A DNA stretch of 64,000 nt from a bacterium (GCA_965261595.1 CBDHDG010000007.1:1280001-1344000); one strand, 5' to 3'; shown: positions 1 to 10,176, counted from the first letter of the stretch. Numbers and translations are program-made. Notes: generated from the letters alone by a model not told the origin.

Positions 1-130
1 CTTTAATGGAAAAAGGTGGCTCGACCTCGCGGGAAAATGGATCGAGGATTACGTGGGCGTTTACGAGATCTGGCGGCATGGCGGTGGACCGCCCCTGGGT
101 TATTGGACACTCGGGTGAGGGTATTCGACC

Positions 131-1048
131 TCATGCGGCCTCCGCAACTTGAGCGAGTTTTTCCTGCCTTGCCTGGGCCGGCGTTCGGTAGCCGTAGCCC
201 TCGAGAATCCAATGATGGTTGTACAGGTTTTTGAACTCAAGCAGCGCCCACCGCAGTTCCTCTACGGTGGCGAAAGAGCGCACCCACAGGAGATTCTCCT
301 TCAAGATGCGGATAAACCACTCACAGTAGCCATTTCCCTCGGGCGCCCGCACGAAGCTGGGCGAACTGGTCATGCCCAGGTAGGCGATCTCCCGCTGAAA
401 GTCATCGGACAGATAGGCGGGGCCGTGGTCGTGACGAACTTTAAGCCCCTCGGCGACGTCCGCCTCCAAGCCGGCGAAGCGCTCGGCGACCCCCTGCCGG
501 ATCGGCTCCAGGGCCTCGAAGCGGTTGCCGCTCTTGGCCGCATGGATCCCCACGCAGTCCACCGAGCAGTGATCCACCGCCACGAACACCGAGGCCATCC
601 CCTCCTCGGTGGTCACCGTCGTCGTCATGTCCGTGCCCCACATTCGGTCGGGCCGCTCGGTGCGGATGGTCCCGTTGTGGGCCTTGGGACCTCGGGGTTT
701 GCCCACCCGGTGAGGGGCCTGAAGCCCCGCCTCCCGCATCAGGCGACGCACCCGCTCCTTGCTGGTGCGGATGCCCGCGAAGCGCAGCCTCGCCCACACC
801 TTGCGGTAGCCCTCGCCATGGAAGGGAGAGTCCTCCAGGACCTGCCGGATGTGGCCGAGGAGTTCCGCATCGGTGCACGGGCCCACAGGGCCGCGCTTAT
901 TGGGCGTGGGGCGTTCATGAACGGGGACCGCCTCTCGCCGCCGTTGCGCGTAGACCGTGGAGCGCGCCAAGCCCCAAAGGGCGCACACCCGCTTCAGGCC
1001 GTAGGCTCTGCCCGTGGAGGTGAAGCGGGCCTGACTCATCGCCTCCAC
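131..1048 (-). CDS. IS3-family transposase OrfB (DDE/rve)
   Basis: GYRKVW, WGTD, HDHG, PEGNGYCE motifs. Confidence 0.9.
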   Translation of the reverse strand: MEAMSQARFTSTGRAYGLKRVCALWGLARSTVYAQRRREAVPVHERPTPNKRGPVGPCTDAELLGHIRQVLEDSPFHGEGYRKVWARLRFAGIRTSKERVRRLMREAGLQAPHRVGKPRGPKAHNGTIRTERPDRMWGTDMTTTVTTEEGMASVFVAVDHCSVDCVGIHAAKSGNRFEALEPIRQGVAERFAGLEADVAEGLKVRHDHGPAYLSDDFQREIAYLGMTSSPSFVRAPEGNGYCEWFIRILKENLLWVRSFATVEELRWALLEFKNLYNHHWILEGYGYRTPAQARQEKLAQVAEAA

Positions 1049-1422
1049 CTCCTGCCGGCTAAAGGGCGGCCGGCCTCCAGGCGGTCGATCTTCTCCCGCA
1101 GGACCTCGCCCTCCATCGTGAGTTCGCCCACCTTGGCCTTGAGCCGGGCGTTCTCCTCGTCCCGCTCATCCGCCGGGCGGGCTTTGAGCGCCGCCTCGCC
1201 CCCGCGAAGGAACGCCTCGCGCCAGGCGGAAAGCCGAGCCGCTGTCGTGCCCAACTCGCGGCAGAGCGTCTCCAGGCTCTCGCCCCGCAAAAGACGCAGG
1301 ACCGCCTCCCGCTTGCGCTGGCAGGAGAACCGACCCCGCTCACTGCGATGCCCTGGGGCCTTGGCTCCGTTCGCCCTACGGGCGCCCTCCGCCAAAGCCC
1401 CCTCTTGCTTTTGTTCGTTCAT
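1036..1422 (-). CDS. IS3-family transposase OrfA (HTH plus leucine zipper)
   Basis: KREAVLRLLRGE...LSAWRE...LKAKVGEL; overlaps the orfB start. Confidence 0.85.
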   Translation of the reverse strand: MNEQKQEGALAEGARRANGAKAPGHRSERGRFSCQRKREAVLRLLRGESLETLCRELGTTAARLSAWREAFLRGGEAALKARPADERDEENARLKAKVGELTMEGEVLREKIDRLEAGRPLAGRRWRR

Positions 1423-2146
1423 CGCGACACCCCTTTCTCCATGAATCATGGATCAATCGAGTGTCCAACAAAACCCTAGAGCGGGGGAGCGGTTTCCTAT
1501 TTGTTGGGATGTATAAGAATCGATTGGGCAATGGCCATGTATACCGTTATGATGGAAAATCATGGGAGAAAGTCGGTGGAGATGGAATCCGTGGTAGCTG
1601 GATTAATAAAGACATGTATCTAGTGGAGGCATTTGCCAGTTACCAGGGACGTCTGATTGCGTCATTGACCCGTTACCCAGCTGTGCCGGGAAGCTTCTCG
1701 TCTGTTTGGGCATTTGATGGGGACAATTGGAAGCCAATCGAGTTGGCCGATGAACAAAAATCTTTGCAAAGAATCCATAACTATAATCGCCATATTAGTC
1801 TACAAAGAGCATTTGTATATTGGCGTTGGGGGTTATCCTGATGCTGATGGCAAAGCAGGGGTTTGGGAGCTATCCAATGGCGATGTTTGGTTGCAGGTTG
1901 GTGGCAATGGAATATTTGGATCATGGACCCCGAAAAGACCGATGATTACACAGCCTGGGGGCGGGATGGAGTACGTTTACCGAATGATCGAATATGATGG
2001 GACACTTGTCGCCGGTTTCGGCGACAGCCCGGGTATGGCGAAGGTTTGGCAATATCGTCCAGCATCCGATTAATCCCATGTTTCACGGAGCAAATATTTT
2101 ACCCCCCCGCTATCGAAATTAGGACACTACCGGAAAATCGCTCGGC

Positions 2147-2176
2147 TTGACTTGGCCGAATTCCCCCAACTATTCT
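2147..2176 (+). promoter_or_regulatory. Candidate sigma70 promoter of rarA
   Basis: TTGACT-N18-TATTCT upstream of the ATG at 2214. Confidence 0.4.
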
Positions 2177-2213
2177 CGTTTCACCGATTTGCGCGGATCA
2201 ACGGGAGTCCGCG

Positions 2214-3608
2214 ATGGACGAGCCGATGGAGCTTTTTGAATCCCAGGAACCGTACGAATTAGGGAAAACCGGCGAAGAAGACCGGCCGGATGCCGAGACC
2301 TCCCGGCCTCTCGCCGACCGGGTGCGTCCGGAGCGGCTCGAGGAGTTCGTCGGCCAGGAGGAAATCCTCGGGGAAGGCCGGGTCCTGCGGCGGATCATCG
2401 AGGCCGACGAGCCGACCTCCATCCTTCTCTGGGGACCCCCGGGATGCGGCAAGACCACCCTCGCCCGGGTCATCGCGAACCGCACGGGCGCACACTTCAT
2501 CCCCTTCAGCGCCGTCCTGGGCGGGGTGAAAGAGCTTCGGGAGATCATCGAAATCGCCCGGAAGGTCCGCCGCGCCCAGAACCGCCGGACCGTTTTGTTC
2601 GTCGATGAGATCCATCGCTTCAACAAGGCCCAGCAGGACGCCTTCCTCCCCCATGTGGAGTCGGGGCTGATCACCCTCATCGGGGCCACGACGGAGAATC
2701 CCTCCTTCGAGATCATCTCGGCCCTCCTCTCCCGGTGCCGGGTATTCGTCCTGGAGACCTTGACCCACGACCAGATCCGGACCCTTCTGGCTCGCGCGCT
2801 CGAAGCCCAAGAGGGTCTCGCCCCGCTGCGCGTAGAGGTGGACGGGGAGGCCCTCGAGCATCTGGCCAGGATGTCCAACGGAGACGCCCGCATCGCCCTG
2901 AACGCCCTGGAGATGGCCGTGCTGGCCGCCGAGCCGGACGGCGGGGGACGACGGAGGGTCTCCCTGGAGGATGCCGAGGGCGCCCTTCAACGCCGGGCCC
3001 TGCTCTACGACCGGGCCGGCGAGGAGCACTTCAACGTCATCTCGGCCCTGCACAAGAGCCTCCGGGGAAGCGACCCCGACGCGGCTCTTTACTGGCTGGC
3101 CCGGATGATCGATGCGGGGGAGGACCCCATGTACATTGCCCGGAGGATGGTCCGCTTCGCCTCGGAAGACATCGGAATGGCCGACCCAGGCGCCCTCGCG
3201 CAGGCCCTCGCCGCAAAGGACGCTTTCCACTTCATCGGTCCGCCCGAAGGTTATCTGGCCCTGGCCCAGGCGGCCGTCTACCTGGCCACCGCCCCCAAGA
3301 GCAACGCCCTCTACCGGGCCTACGGGGCGGCGACGCGCGACGTTCAAGAGACGATGAACGAGCCGGTCCCCCTCCACATCCGCAACGCGCCGACCCGCTT
3401 GATGTCCGAGCTGGGATACGGAAAGGGATACCGGTACGCCCACGACGAGGAGGACGCCTTCGCGCCGGAGCAGACGCATCTACCCGATAATCTCGCGGAC
3501 CGGACGTACTACCGCCCCACGGACCGGGGTTTCGAGAAGACCGTGGGGGAGCGCCTGGCGAGCTGGCGGGCGCTGGTCCGCCGGGCCCGAGAGAAAGAGA
3601 ACCCCTGA
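2214..3608 (+). CDS. rarA: Replication-associated recombination protein A (MgsA/RarA AAA+ ATPase)
   Basis: PLADRVRP, GPPGCGKTT, DEIHRFNKAQQD, SALHKSLRGSD, VPLHIRNAPT. Confidence 0.97.
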   Translation: MDEPMELFESQEPYELGKTGEEDRPDAETSRPLADRVRPERLEEFVGQEEILGEGRVLRRIIEADEPTSILLWGPPGCGKTTLARVIANRTGAHFIPFSAVLGGVKELREIIEIARKVRRAQNRRTVLFVDEIHRFNKAQQDAFLPHVESGLITLIGATTENPSFEIISALLSRCRVFVLETLTHDQIRTLLARALEAQEGLAPLRVEVDGEALEHLARMSNGDARIALNALEMAVLAAEPDGGGRRRVSLEDAEGALQRRALLYDRAGEEHFNVISALHKSLRGSDPDAALYWLARMIDAGEDPMYIARRMVRFASEDIGMADPGALAQALAAKDAFHFIGPPEGYLALAQAAVYLATAPKSNALYRAYGAATRDVQETMNEPVPLHIRNAPTRLMSELGYGKGYRYAHDEEDAFAPEQTHLPDNLADRTYYRPTDRGFEKTVGERLASWRALVRRAREKENP

Positions 3609-3726
3609 CGCCTGTTCCTCGGAAACCATTGGACGCAAGGAAAGGCGGGGCAGGGAGGTCCGAGAGGGAATCCACCCATTCGCGAAAGTGGTGTGGCGCG
3701 GGGACGGGAATTGTCTCGGAGGCCCT

Positions 3727-4143
3727 CTATCCCACGACCTGGACGATTACCCGCCGGTCCCTGGGCCGGTTGTCGCAATCGAGGAGGACGATCTGCTGCC
3801 AGGTTCCCAGGAGGAGGCGACCCTGGACGAAGGGGACGGAGAGCGCGGGGCCCAGGAGGGCGGCCCGGACGTGGGAGAAACCGTTTCCGTCCCCCCACCG
3901 CGCGTCATGCTCATAAGGGATGTCACGGGGGGCGATGCGCTCGAGGGCGGCCTTCAGGTCCACGACGGCGCCGGCCTCGAATTCAATCGTCGTCACGCCC
4001 GCTGTCGACCCCGGGACGAAGACCGTCGCGGTTCCGGCCTCGATTCCGGATTCCGCGACGCACCCGGCGACCCGCTCCGTGATGTCGTGGGCGTCCCCGA
4101 AACCCCGGGTGGACAGCGAGAATTCAATCGCGCGCGCGGTCAT
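3727..4143 (-). CDS. yjbQ: YjbQ/UPF0047 family protein
   Basis: YEHD...NGFSHVRAALLG...LGTWQQI. Confidence 0.93.
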   Translation of the reverse strand: MTARAIEFSLSTRGFGDAHDITERVAGCVAESGIEAGTATVFVPGSTAGVTTIEFEAGAVVDLKAALERIAPRDIPYEHDARWGDGNGFSHVRAALLGPALSVPFVQGRLLLGTWQQIVLLDCDNRPRDRRVIVQVVG

Positions 4144-5600
4144 GGCCTTCCCCGGTGATCGCTCGACTCCGATCGCGCGCCCTCCCGGTCGATCTTCAGG
4201 GTCAAAGGCGTGCAGCCGATCCCCCGATCCTTGTAAGGGGTGGCCATGGCCTGGGCGATCCGGAGCGGGTCCGCTTTCCCCGCGATGGACAGGGCGATGA
4301 CCGTGGGCCCGGCCCCGCTCAAGGCGACCCCGGCCGCCCCGGCCTTTCGCGCGGCGGAGAAGGCGTCGTCGATCGGACCCATGAGGTGGGCGCGATGGGG
4401 CTGGTGCAGCCGGTCCTGCATGGCCAGCGGCAAGAGGGCGCCGTTTCCCTCGGCGAGGGCGACCATCAGAAGCGCGGTCCGCTGGACGTTGAAAACCGCT
4501 TGGTCGTGGGGCAGGGATTCGGGGAGGGCGTCGCGGGCCTTGGGGGTGGAGACCTCGAAATTCGGGACCGCCAGCGAGATCTGAATCTTATCCGACAGGG
4601 CCGCGCGCACGGCGAGAAGATCGCTTCCCGCGCCCGCCGCCACTGTGAGCCCGCCCAGGAGGGAGGGGGCGGCGTTGTCGGCGTGGCCCTCCAGGGCCTC
4701 GGCCCGCTTCAGCACCTCCGCCGGCTCGACGGAGAGGCCGCACCAGGTCCGGGCCGCCAGCAGCCCTCCGACCCGGGCGGCCGCGCTGCTTCCCAGGCCC
4801 CTCGCCAGGGGGATGGTGTTTTCGAGCGTCAGCCGAAGCGGGGGCCGCTCGATCTTCGCGTCCTGAAAGACGGATTCAACGGCCTGAAAGACGATGTTCG
4901 TCGCGTCCGCCGGAAGGGCCGATTCGCCCTCGCCCGAGATCCGGACTTCGTCCCGTTCGGATTCCTCGAGGCTCACGCGGTTATAGAGCTGGAGGGCGAG
5001 CCCGAGGGTGTCGTACCCGGGGCCCAGATTGGCCGCCGAGGCCGGGACGACGACCCGGACCCGGCGGGCGGGGGCGGATCGTCCGCGCTCCGCCGGAGGC
5101 GTCCGGGGTCCGGGAGAAACAGGCGCGGGGCCCGCCGCGGAGAAGGTCTCGTCATAGAACGCCTGAACGGCCTGGGTGATGGTGGCGTAGCTGCTTCGAT
5201 AGTGAAAGGCGGACCCCCCGAGCGGATCGGCGATCGTATCGTCACCCGCCCCGATGACGCGGCGCGCCAGGAACTCAACCTTGCCCGCGGCTTCGGGAGC
5301 GTGGGATTGGATGAAATCGAGGTGCTCGGGCGCCATGACGATGATGCGGTCGGCCTGTTTCAACAACTCGGGGGTCAGGGGCCTCGCCCGGTGAGATTCG
5401 AGATTCAGCCCGATGTGCGCGGCGGTCTGGATTCCCTCCTCGGGCGTCCGGTTTCCCCGCATGGCATGGGTCCCCGCCGAAGAGACGGTGACGCCCGGCG
5501 GTCCCCCCTGCTGGATGAGACTCCTCAGGTAGACCTCCGCCATCGGGCTTCGGCAAATGTTTCCCGTACAGACGAACAGGACGTTTTTGGGTTCCGTCAT
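4140..5600 (-). CDS. thrB: Fusion of an LMW phosphatase domain and homoserine kinase
   Basis: N-terminal VCTGNICRSPMAE and IADP; C-terminal PASAANLGPGYD, IPLARGLGSSAAA, EGHADN, LSGAGPT. Confidence 0.9.
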   Translation of the reverse strand: MTEPKNVLFVCTGNICRSPMAEVYLRSLIQQGGPPGVTVSSAGTHAMRGNRTPEEGIQTAAHIGLNLESHRARPLTPELLKQADRIIVMAPEHLDFIQSHAPEAAGKVEFLARRVIGAGDDTIADPLGGSAFHYRSSYATITQAVQAFYDETFSAAGPAPVSPGPRTPPAERGRSAPARRVRVVVPASAANLGPGYDTLGLALQLYNRVSLEESERDEVRISGEGESALPADATNIVFQAVESVFQDAKIERPPLRLTLENTIPLARGLGSSAAARVGGLLAARTWCGLSVEPAEVLKRAEALEGHADNAAPSLLGGLTVAAGAGSDLLAVRAALSDKIQISLAVPNFEVSTPKARDALPESLPHDQAVFNVQRTALLMVALAEGNGALLPLAMQDRLHQPHRAHLMGPIDDAFSAARKAGAAGVALSGAGPTVIALSIAGKADPLRIAQAMATPYKDRGIGCTPLTLKIDREGARSESSDHRGRP

Positions 5601-5673
5601 GGGTTCCGGCGTTGTTTGGCGTGCGGCGGGTCAAGGTTCCGGAGAGCCTGATGAGACGCGGCCGAATCTTTCT

Positions 5674-6498
5674 TTACGGTCTGGACAGCGTGAGCCCCAG
5701 GCGGTCCTCACCCCGGTGGATAGAGAGCCGGACGGCTTCGTTTCGGGATCGGGCCGAGCGCATCAGGTGCAGGAAATTCTTCAACCCCCGCACCGAGAGG
5801 TCGTTGGCCTGAAGAACAACGTCCCCGCGCTTTAGACCGTCCCGCGCTCCCCGGCTTTCGAGCCTCACATGGGTGATCAGGATGGAGCCGATCCTGGCCC
5901 CGCGAAAGTGGGGAAGCAGCTCGCCTGTGATTTCCTGAACCGATAGGCCGTACCCCGGCACCACGGATGTCATCGAGCCGTCCTCGGGCTGGATGTGTCC
6001 GGCGCGGGCCAGCACCCCGGTGGACACGAAAATGGGGGCGTCCGTCCTCAACGCCAGGGCCACCGCGTCGCTCGGCCGGCTGTCCACGCGAAGAATTTTG
6101 TCGTCCGCCCGCAGGGTCATGGCGGCGATAAATGTATTTTCCCGGAGCTCGGTGATCGTGATCCGGAGCACCCTTGCTTTCAGATCCTGGAGAAGGTTCC
6201 GCAGCAGGTCATGCGTCATGGGCCGCGGGGCGCTCACATGACGAAGCGCCATGAGGATGGCTTTCGCCTCCGAGGCGCCGATCCAAAGGGGGAGGATTTT
6301 TCGGCCGGTCTTGACGTCTTCCAGAACCAGAACGGGCGTCCGGCGTCGGGGATCGGAAATCACGCCCCGGACCTTCATCCGCTCCACGGCCGGCCCGGCC
6401 CCGTCGGCGGAAAGCGCGAGGAAGAGCGGGATCGCGCAAACGGCCGCGGCCACCGGCCCGATGGCACTCATCCGGCCGGTGGTCCCCTTCGTTCCCAT
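5674..6498 (-). CDS. Bifunctional nuclease (DUF151) with N-terminal hydrophobic segment and C-terminal PDZ-like domain; start uncertain
   Basis: LPLWIG...EAKAI, PRPMTHDLL, DSRPSDAVALALR; PDZ-like YGLSVQEI...GLKRGDVVLQAN. Confidence 0.85.
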   Translation of the reverse strand: MGTKGTTGRMSAIGPVAAAVCAIPLFLALSADGAGPAVERMKVRGVISDPRRRTPVLVLEDVKTGRKILPLWIGASEAKAILMALRHVSAPRPMTHDLLRNLLQDLKARVLRITITELRENTFIAAMTLRADDKILRVDSRPSDAVALALRTDAPIFVSTGVLARAGHIQPEDGSMTSVVPGYGLSVQEITGELLPHFRGARIGSILITHVRLESRGARDGLKRGDVVLQANDLSVRGLKNFLHLMRSARSRNEAVRLSIHRGEDRLGLTLSRP

Positions 6499-6529
6499 CC
6501 GTTGAGGCCGTCCGCTCCGCATGGTCCGC

Positions 6530-8473
6530 TTATTCCGTCTCCGGCGGCGGTCCCGGATCAGATTCGAGCACATCGCCCATGTGATGGACCTGATAGCCGC
6601 CCAATGAGAGGACCTTCTCACGATACGCCGCATGTTTCAGGATATCAAACAGGGGGCCCAGGAGGGTGGATTCCAGCGAGGCCCGAGGCGCCACCAAGTC
6701 ATACCGCTCCCAGCCGATGGGGAGGAAATCCAGGTCCAGAACGCGGGCGGCCGACAGGACGCCCAGCCCCGCGTCGGCCGCTCCGCTCGAGACCGCGGCC
6801 GCGACCGCCATGTGGGTGGTCACGACGCGGTCGTAGCCCTGGATGGCGTCCGGGTCGATTCCCGTCTTTTCCAGCCGGTGGTCCAGCAGGATTCTTGTGC
6901 CCGCGCCGCGCTGCCGGTTGACGAACCGGATGTTTTCCCGGGCCAGGTCGGCGAGGCCCGCGATGCCCAGTGGGTTTCCCCGGGGGACCAAAAGCCCCTG
7001 TTGCCGGTAGACCAGGTTCACCAGGGCCATCTCGCCGGGAGGGAAGTGCTCGGCGACAGAGGGGAAATTGTACGCGCCCGAATCCGGGTCCAGCAGGTGG
7101 CAGCCCGCCAAGTGAGCCTCCCCCCCTTTCAGGGCCAGAAGGCCGTCGAGGCTGCCCATGGGCGCCTTGGACAGATAGACGCCGGGAACGCGCTCGGCCA
7201 GGGCGACCCCGAGAAGGTCCAAAGCCAGGTCGTGGCTTCCCGCCAGAAGGATGTTTCGGCCGATGTCCTCCGCGCCCCGGAAAAGCTCGACCTCGACCTC
7301 CGTCCCCTTACCGAGGCCTTCGACGTTTCGGGGGATGCGGACGACGCCGTCGGCCTCCGCCATTGAGGTGGTTAAGGACGAGGCTCGGGGGAGGGGCAGG
7401 GCGATGGTCCGGCCGTTGACGGTCCCGACCTTGACGCGGACGTGCTCGATCAGACCCAGCCGGGACGGCAGCTTTCGGCCGATCTCGGCCCGGACGCGCG
7501 GGCCCGACGGCGGGGCGACGCCCATCAGCCGGCCGAGCAACGGCCGGACGAACTCGTTGAAGATGACCACGCCCGAGACCGGGAATCCGGGACAGCCGAT
7601 CAGCGGTTTCCCGTCGGCGTGCGCAAAGATGGCCGGCTGTCCCGGCGCGAGGGCGACGCCGTGTTGGATCACCTCGCCGACGGTCTCGAAGACATGGACG
7701 GTGTAGTCCTCCTCCCCGGCGGAGGAGCCGGCGTTGACGACGACGACGTCGTTTTCGGCCAGGGCCGCGCGCACCGCTTCAAGCAGTGCGTCCGGGTCGT
7801 CCGGAACGATGGGGTGGGGGACCCACTCGGCGCCCCACTCCCGGACGAACGCGCCCAGCAACCGGGAGTTGAACTCGATGATGTCACCCGGCTTGAGCGC
7901 CTGCCCGGGCTGAACGAGCTCGGTGCCGGTCGGGAGGATCACCACCCGCGGTTTTCGACGGACGGAGATTTCCGTGAGGCCGCCCGCCAGGAGGGCGCCG
8001 ATGTCATAGGGGCGGATCCGGTGTCCGGGAGGCAGGATGAGCTGGGAGGCCACCAGGTCCTCGCCCAGGGTCCGGACGTGCTGCCAGGGACGGACAGCGG
8101 AGAGGATCTCGATGCGGTCTCCGTCCAGCGGTTGGACGTTCTCGATGATGACGACTGAATCGGTCCCTTCCGGGAGGGGACCGCCCGTATCCACATAGGC
8201 GACCTGGGGGCCGAGCCGCAGCTCGAGCGGATGGCTCTCGCTCGCGCCGACGGTGGCGGCCGCCTCGACGGCCACGCCGTCCATGGCGGCCCCGTGATAA
8301 TGGGGCGAGGAGACTTCGGCCAGGATGGGTTCCCCGGTGACCCGCCCGAGGGCGTCCTGGATGGTAACCCGCTCGGCGGGAATGGGATCGGGGACGCGGA
8401 CGGCTTCCAGAAACGCGGGGAGAACCTCCTCCAGCGGTTTACGGTCCAGGTACATCTTCCGCTTGGTTTTCAT
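6530..8473 (-). CDS. moeA: MoeA-like molybdopterin biosynthesis protein with C-terminal PBP domain
   Basis: AAMDGVAV, PTGTEL, GSSAGEED; PBP part AGSHD, GSLDGL, VNRQRGAGTR. Confidence 0.93.
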   Translation of the reverse strand: MKTKRKMYLDRKPLEEVLPAFLEAVRVPDPIPAERVTIQDALGRVTGEPILAEVSSPHYHGAAMDGVAVEAAATVGASESHPLELRLGPQVAYVDTGGPLPEGTDSVVIIENVQPLDGDRIEILSAVRPWQHVRTLGEDLVASQLILPPGHRIRPYDIGALLAGGLTEISVRRKPRVVILPTGTELVQPGQALKPGDIIEFNSRLLGAFVREWGAEWVPHPIVPDDPDALLEAVRAALAENDVVVVNAGSSAGEEDYTVHVFETVGEVIQHGVALAPGQPAIFAHADGKPLIGCPGFPVSGVVIFNEFVRPLLGRLMGVAPPSGPRVRAEIGRKLPSRLGLIEHVRVKVGTVNGRTIALPLPRASSLTTSMAEADGVVRIPRNVEGLGKGTEVEVELFRGAEDIGRNILLAGSHDLALDLLGVALAERVPGVYLSKAPMGSLDGLLALKGGEAHLAGCHLLDPDSGAYNFPSVAEHFPPGEMALVNLVYRQQGLLVPRGNPLGIAGLADLARENIRFVNRQRGAGTRILLDHRLEKTGIDPDAIQGYDRVVTTHMAVAAAVSSGAADAGLGVLSAARVLDLDFLPIGWERYDLVAPRASLESTLLGPLFDILKHAAYREKVLSLGGYQVHHMGDVLESDPGPPPETE

Positions 8474-8584
8474 CCTTCTATTTCCCTTGCAAGGTCAAGC
8501 TTGTTCCGGCGTCCGAACGTCTCCGTCCGGCGACCAGCCTTCAGCGGGCGGATTTTCCGGACCGGTTTTGTTCGGGGGGGATGG

Positions 8585-9811
8585 TCAAAAGGAGTGTACG
8601 CGGACGCGCTCTCCCTGGACGAGTCCCTCGGAATCCACCCCGACGATGATGAATCCGTCGGCTTTCACCATGGTGGAGATCATGCTCGAGCTCCCCAGCA
8701 CCGGGTACGCGAGGAGGCCGTCCTCGGTCCGGTCCAATCGGACGCGGATGTAATCTTCCCGGCCCGACGCGGAAGGGAGGTTGCGGGACAGCGCCGCCTC
8801 CGTCCAGATCGCCTCGGCATCGGACCGTCTTCCCTGCAGCCGGTGCAGAAGCGGTTTCAGGAAAACCTGAAAGACCATCATGTTGGAGACGGGATGTCCC
8901 GGAACGCCGATAACGGCCTTCGGCCCGATGCGGCCCACGATGAGCGGCTTGCCGGGTTTGATGGACACCCCGTGGATGAGAACCCCGGGCTCGCCGAGGG
9001 AGTCGATGATCTCGACGCTGTGGTCCCGCTGCCCCATCGAGCTGCCGCCCGACATCAGGACGACGTCATGGTCGCGGTGGGCCTTGCGCACGGTGGCTTC
9101 GAGGGCCGCGGGGTCGTCGCCGACGATTCCGAGAGAAACCGGGACGCCGCCCGCCGCGGCGGTCAGGGCGCTGAGGGTGAACCGGTTGATGTCGCGGATT
9201 TGGCCCGGCTTCGGCGTCTCGGCGGGGTCGACCACCTCGTCTCCGGTGGCGAGGATTGCGACCCGGGGCTTTTTCCGGACCGGGACGCTCGTGATCCCCA
9301 GGCCGCACAGCGCGCCCAGCTCCTGGGGGCGGAGCACGTCCCCGGCGGACAGGATCTTCTCGCCTTGCCGGATGTCCTGTCCGACGCGGACGACGTTTTC
9401 CCAGGGGGCCGCTCCGCGGGCGAGCTGAACGGTCCGGGCGTCGGCGAAAGAGGAGTATTCGTCCATCACGACGGCGTCGGCGCCTTGCGGAATCATCCCG
9501 CCTGTGGGGATCTTGGCCGCCTGGCCGCGCTCGATCGCGAACCCGGGCGCTTCCCCCATGCGGACTTCGCCGATGAATTCGAACTGGATTGCCGAGGAGT
9601 CGCTTGCGCCCGTGGTGTCGGAGGCGCGGACGGCGAAGCCGTCCATGGTCGCCCGCTCGAAGTCCGGCAGGTCCACGGGAGAGCGGACCTCCTCGGCCAG
9701 CACCCGGCCCAGGGCGTCGGCCGTGGGGACGCCCTCCGATGAGAGGGGCTCGAACTGTTCGATGACGGCCAATACCTCGGCCGGCGCGGCCACTTTGAAA
9801 AAGTCTTTCAT
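8585..9811 (-). CDS. moeA: Molybdopterin molybdotransferase MoeA (Glp)
   Basis: ATMDGFAV, IPTGGMIP, ATGDEV, SGGSSMG, IKPGKP, GVPGHPVS; start taken at MKDFFKV. Confidence 0.95.
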   Translation of the reverse strand: MKDFFKVAAPAEVLAVIEQFEPLSSEGVPTADALGRVLAEEVRSPVDLPDFERATMDGFAVRASDTTGASDSSAIQFEFIGEVRMGEAPGFAIERGQAAKIPTGGMIPQGADAVVMDEYSSFADARTVQLARGAAPWENVVRVGQDIRQGEKILSAGDVLRPQELGALCGLGITSVPVRKKPRVAILATGDEVVDPAETPKPGQIRDINRFTLSALTAAAGGVPVSLGIVGDDPAALEATVRKAHRDHDVVLMSGGSSMGQRDHSVEIIDSLGEPGVLIHGVSIKPGKPLIVGRIGPKAVIGVPGHPVSNMMVFQVFLKPLLHRLQGRRSDAEAIWTEAALSRNLPSASGREDYIRVRLDRTEDGLLAYPVLGSSSMISTMVKADGFIIVGVDSEGLVQGERVRVHSF

Positions 9812-9902
9812 GGAGGTTCCACAGGAAACGCCCGCGGCAGGCCTTGGCTCGGGCCGTGCGGGAGTGAGCGAAAGGGTCGAGTCCCTGTTCCCGAGGCGCT
9901 GG

Positions 9903-10115
9903 CTAAGTTTTCTTCGGCTCCCCCGCCTTTTCGGGGGACGACTCTTCAAGCCGGTCGGTGTCCGGGGCATCTTCCTCTTTCCCCAGCATGCCCGACTTGA
10001 AGCTTTTGATTCCCTTTCCGAGTCCGGATCCAATCTCCGGCAGCTTTCGGGCGCCGAAGACCACGAGGATGATGATCAGAACGATCATCAACTCGGTCAT
10101 GCCGATGCCAAACAT
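9903..10115 (-). CDS. tatA: Twin-arginine translocase TatA/TatE
   Basis: [40 protein letters not shown]. Confidence 0.95.
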   Translation of the reverse strand: MFGIGMTELMIVLIIILVVFGARKLPEIGSGLGKGIKSFKSGMLGKEEDAPDTDRLEESSPEKAGEPKKT

Positions 10116-10176
10116 GGTTTTTAACTCCCGGTCATGAATCGAATCACAGGCCGATTCAATTCTGGGCTTTGGCCGA

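Larger units (their letters stand above)
85..1488 (-). mobile_element. IS3-family insertion sequence with 4-bp TSD GCGG
   Basis: Imperfect terminal IRs sharing TTGGACACTCG; GCGG at 81-84 and 1489-1492; orfA plus orfB. Confidence 0.9.
2..2073 (+). pseudogene. Beta-propeller-like repeat protein (5' end outside window), split by IS3 and frameshifted near 1790
   Basis: Removing IS 85-1488 and one GCGG copy joins FNGKRW...IWRHGG to FLFVGMY in frame. Repeats YDGKSW, FDGDNW and WLQVGGNG; the frame switches between ORFs 1461..1841 and 1714..2073. Confidence 0.7.

Noticed and set aside
8585..10033. 482-aa extended MoeA
   Set aside because: The extension overlaps tatA in another frame; the start at 9811 fits the family.
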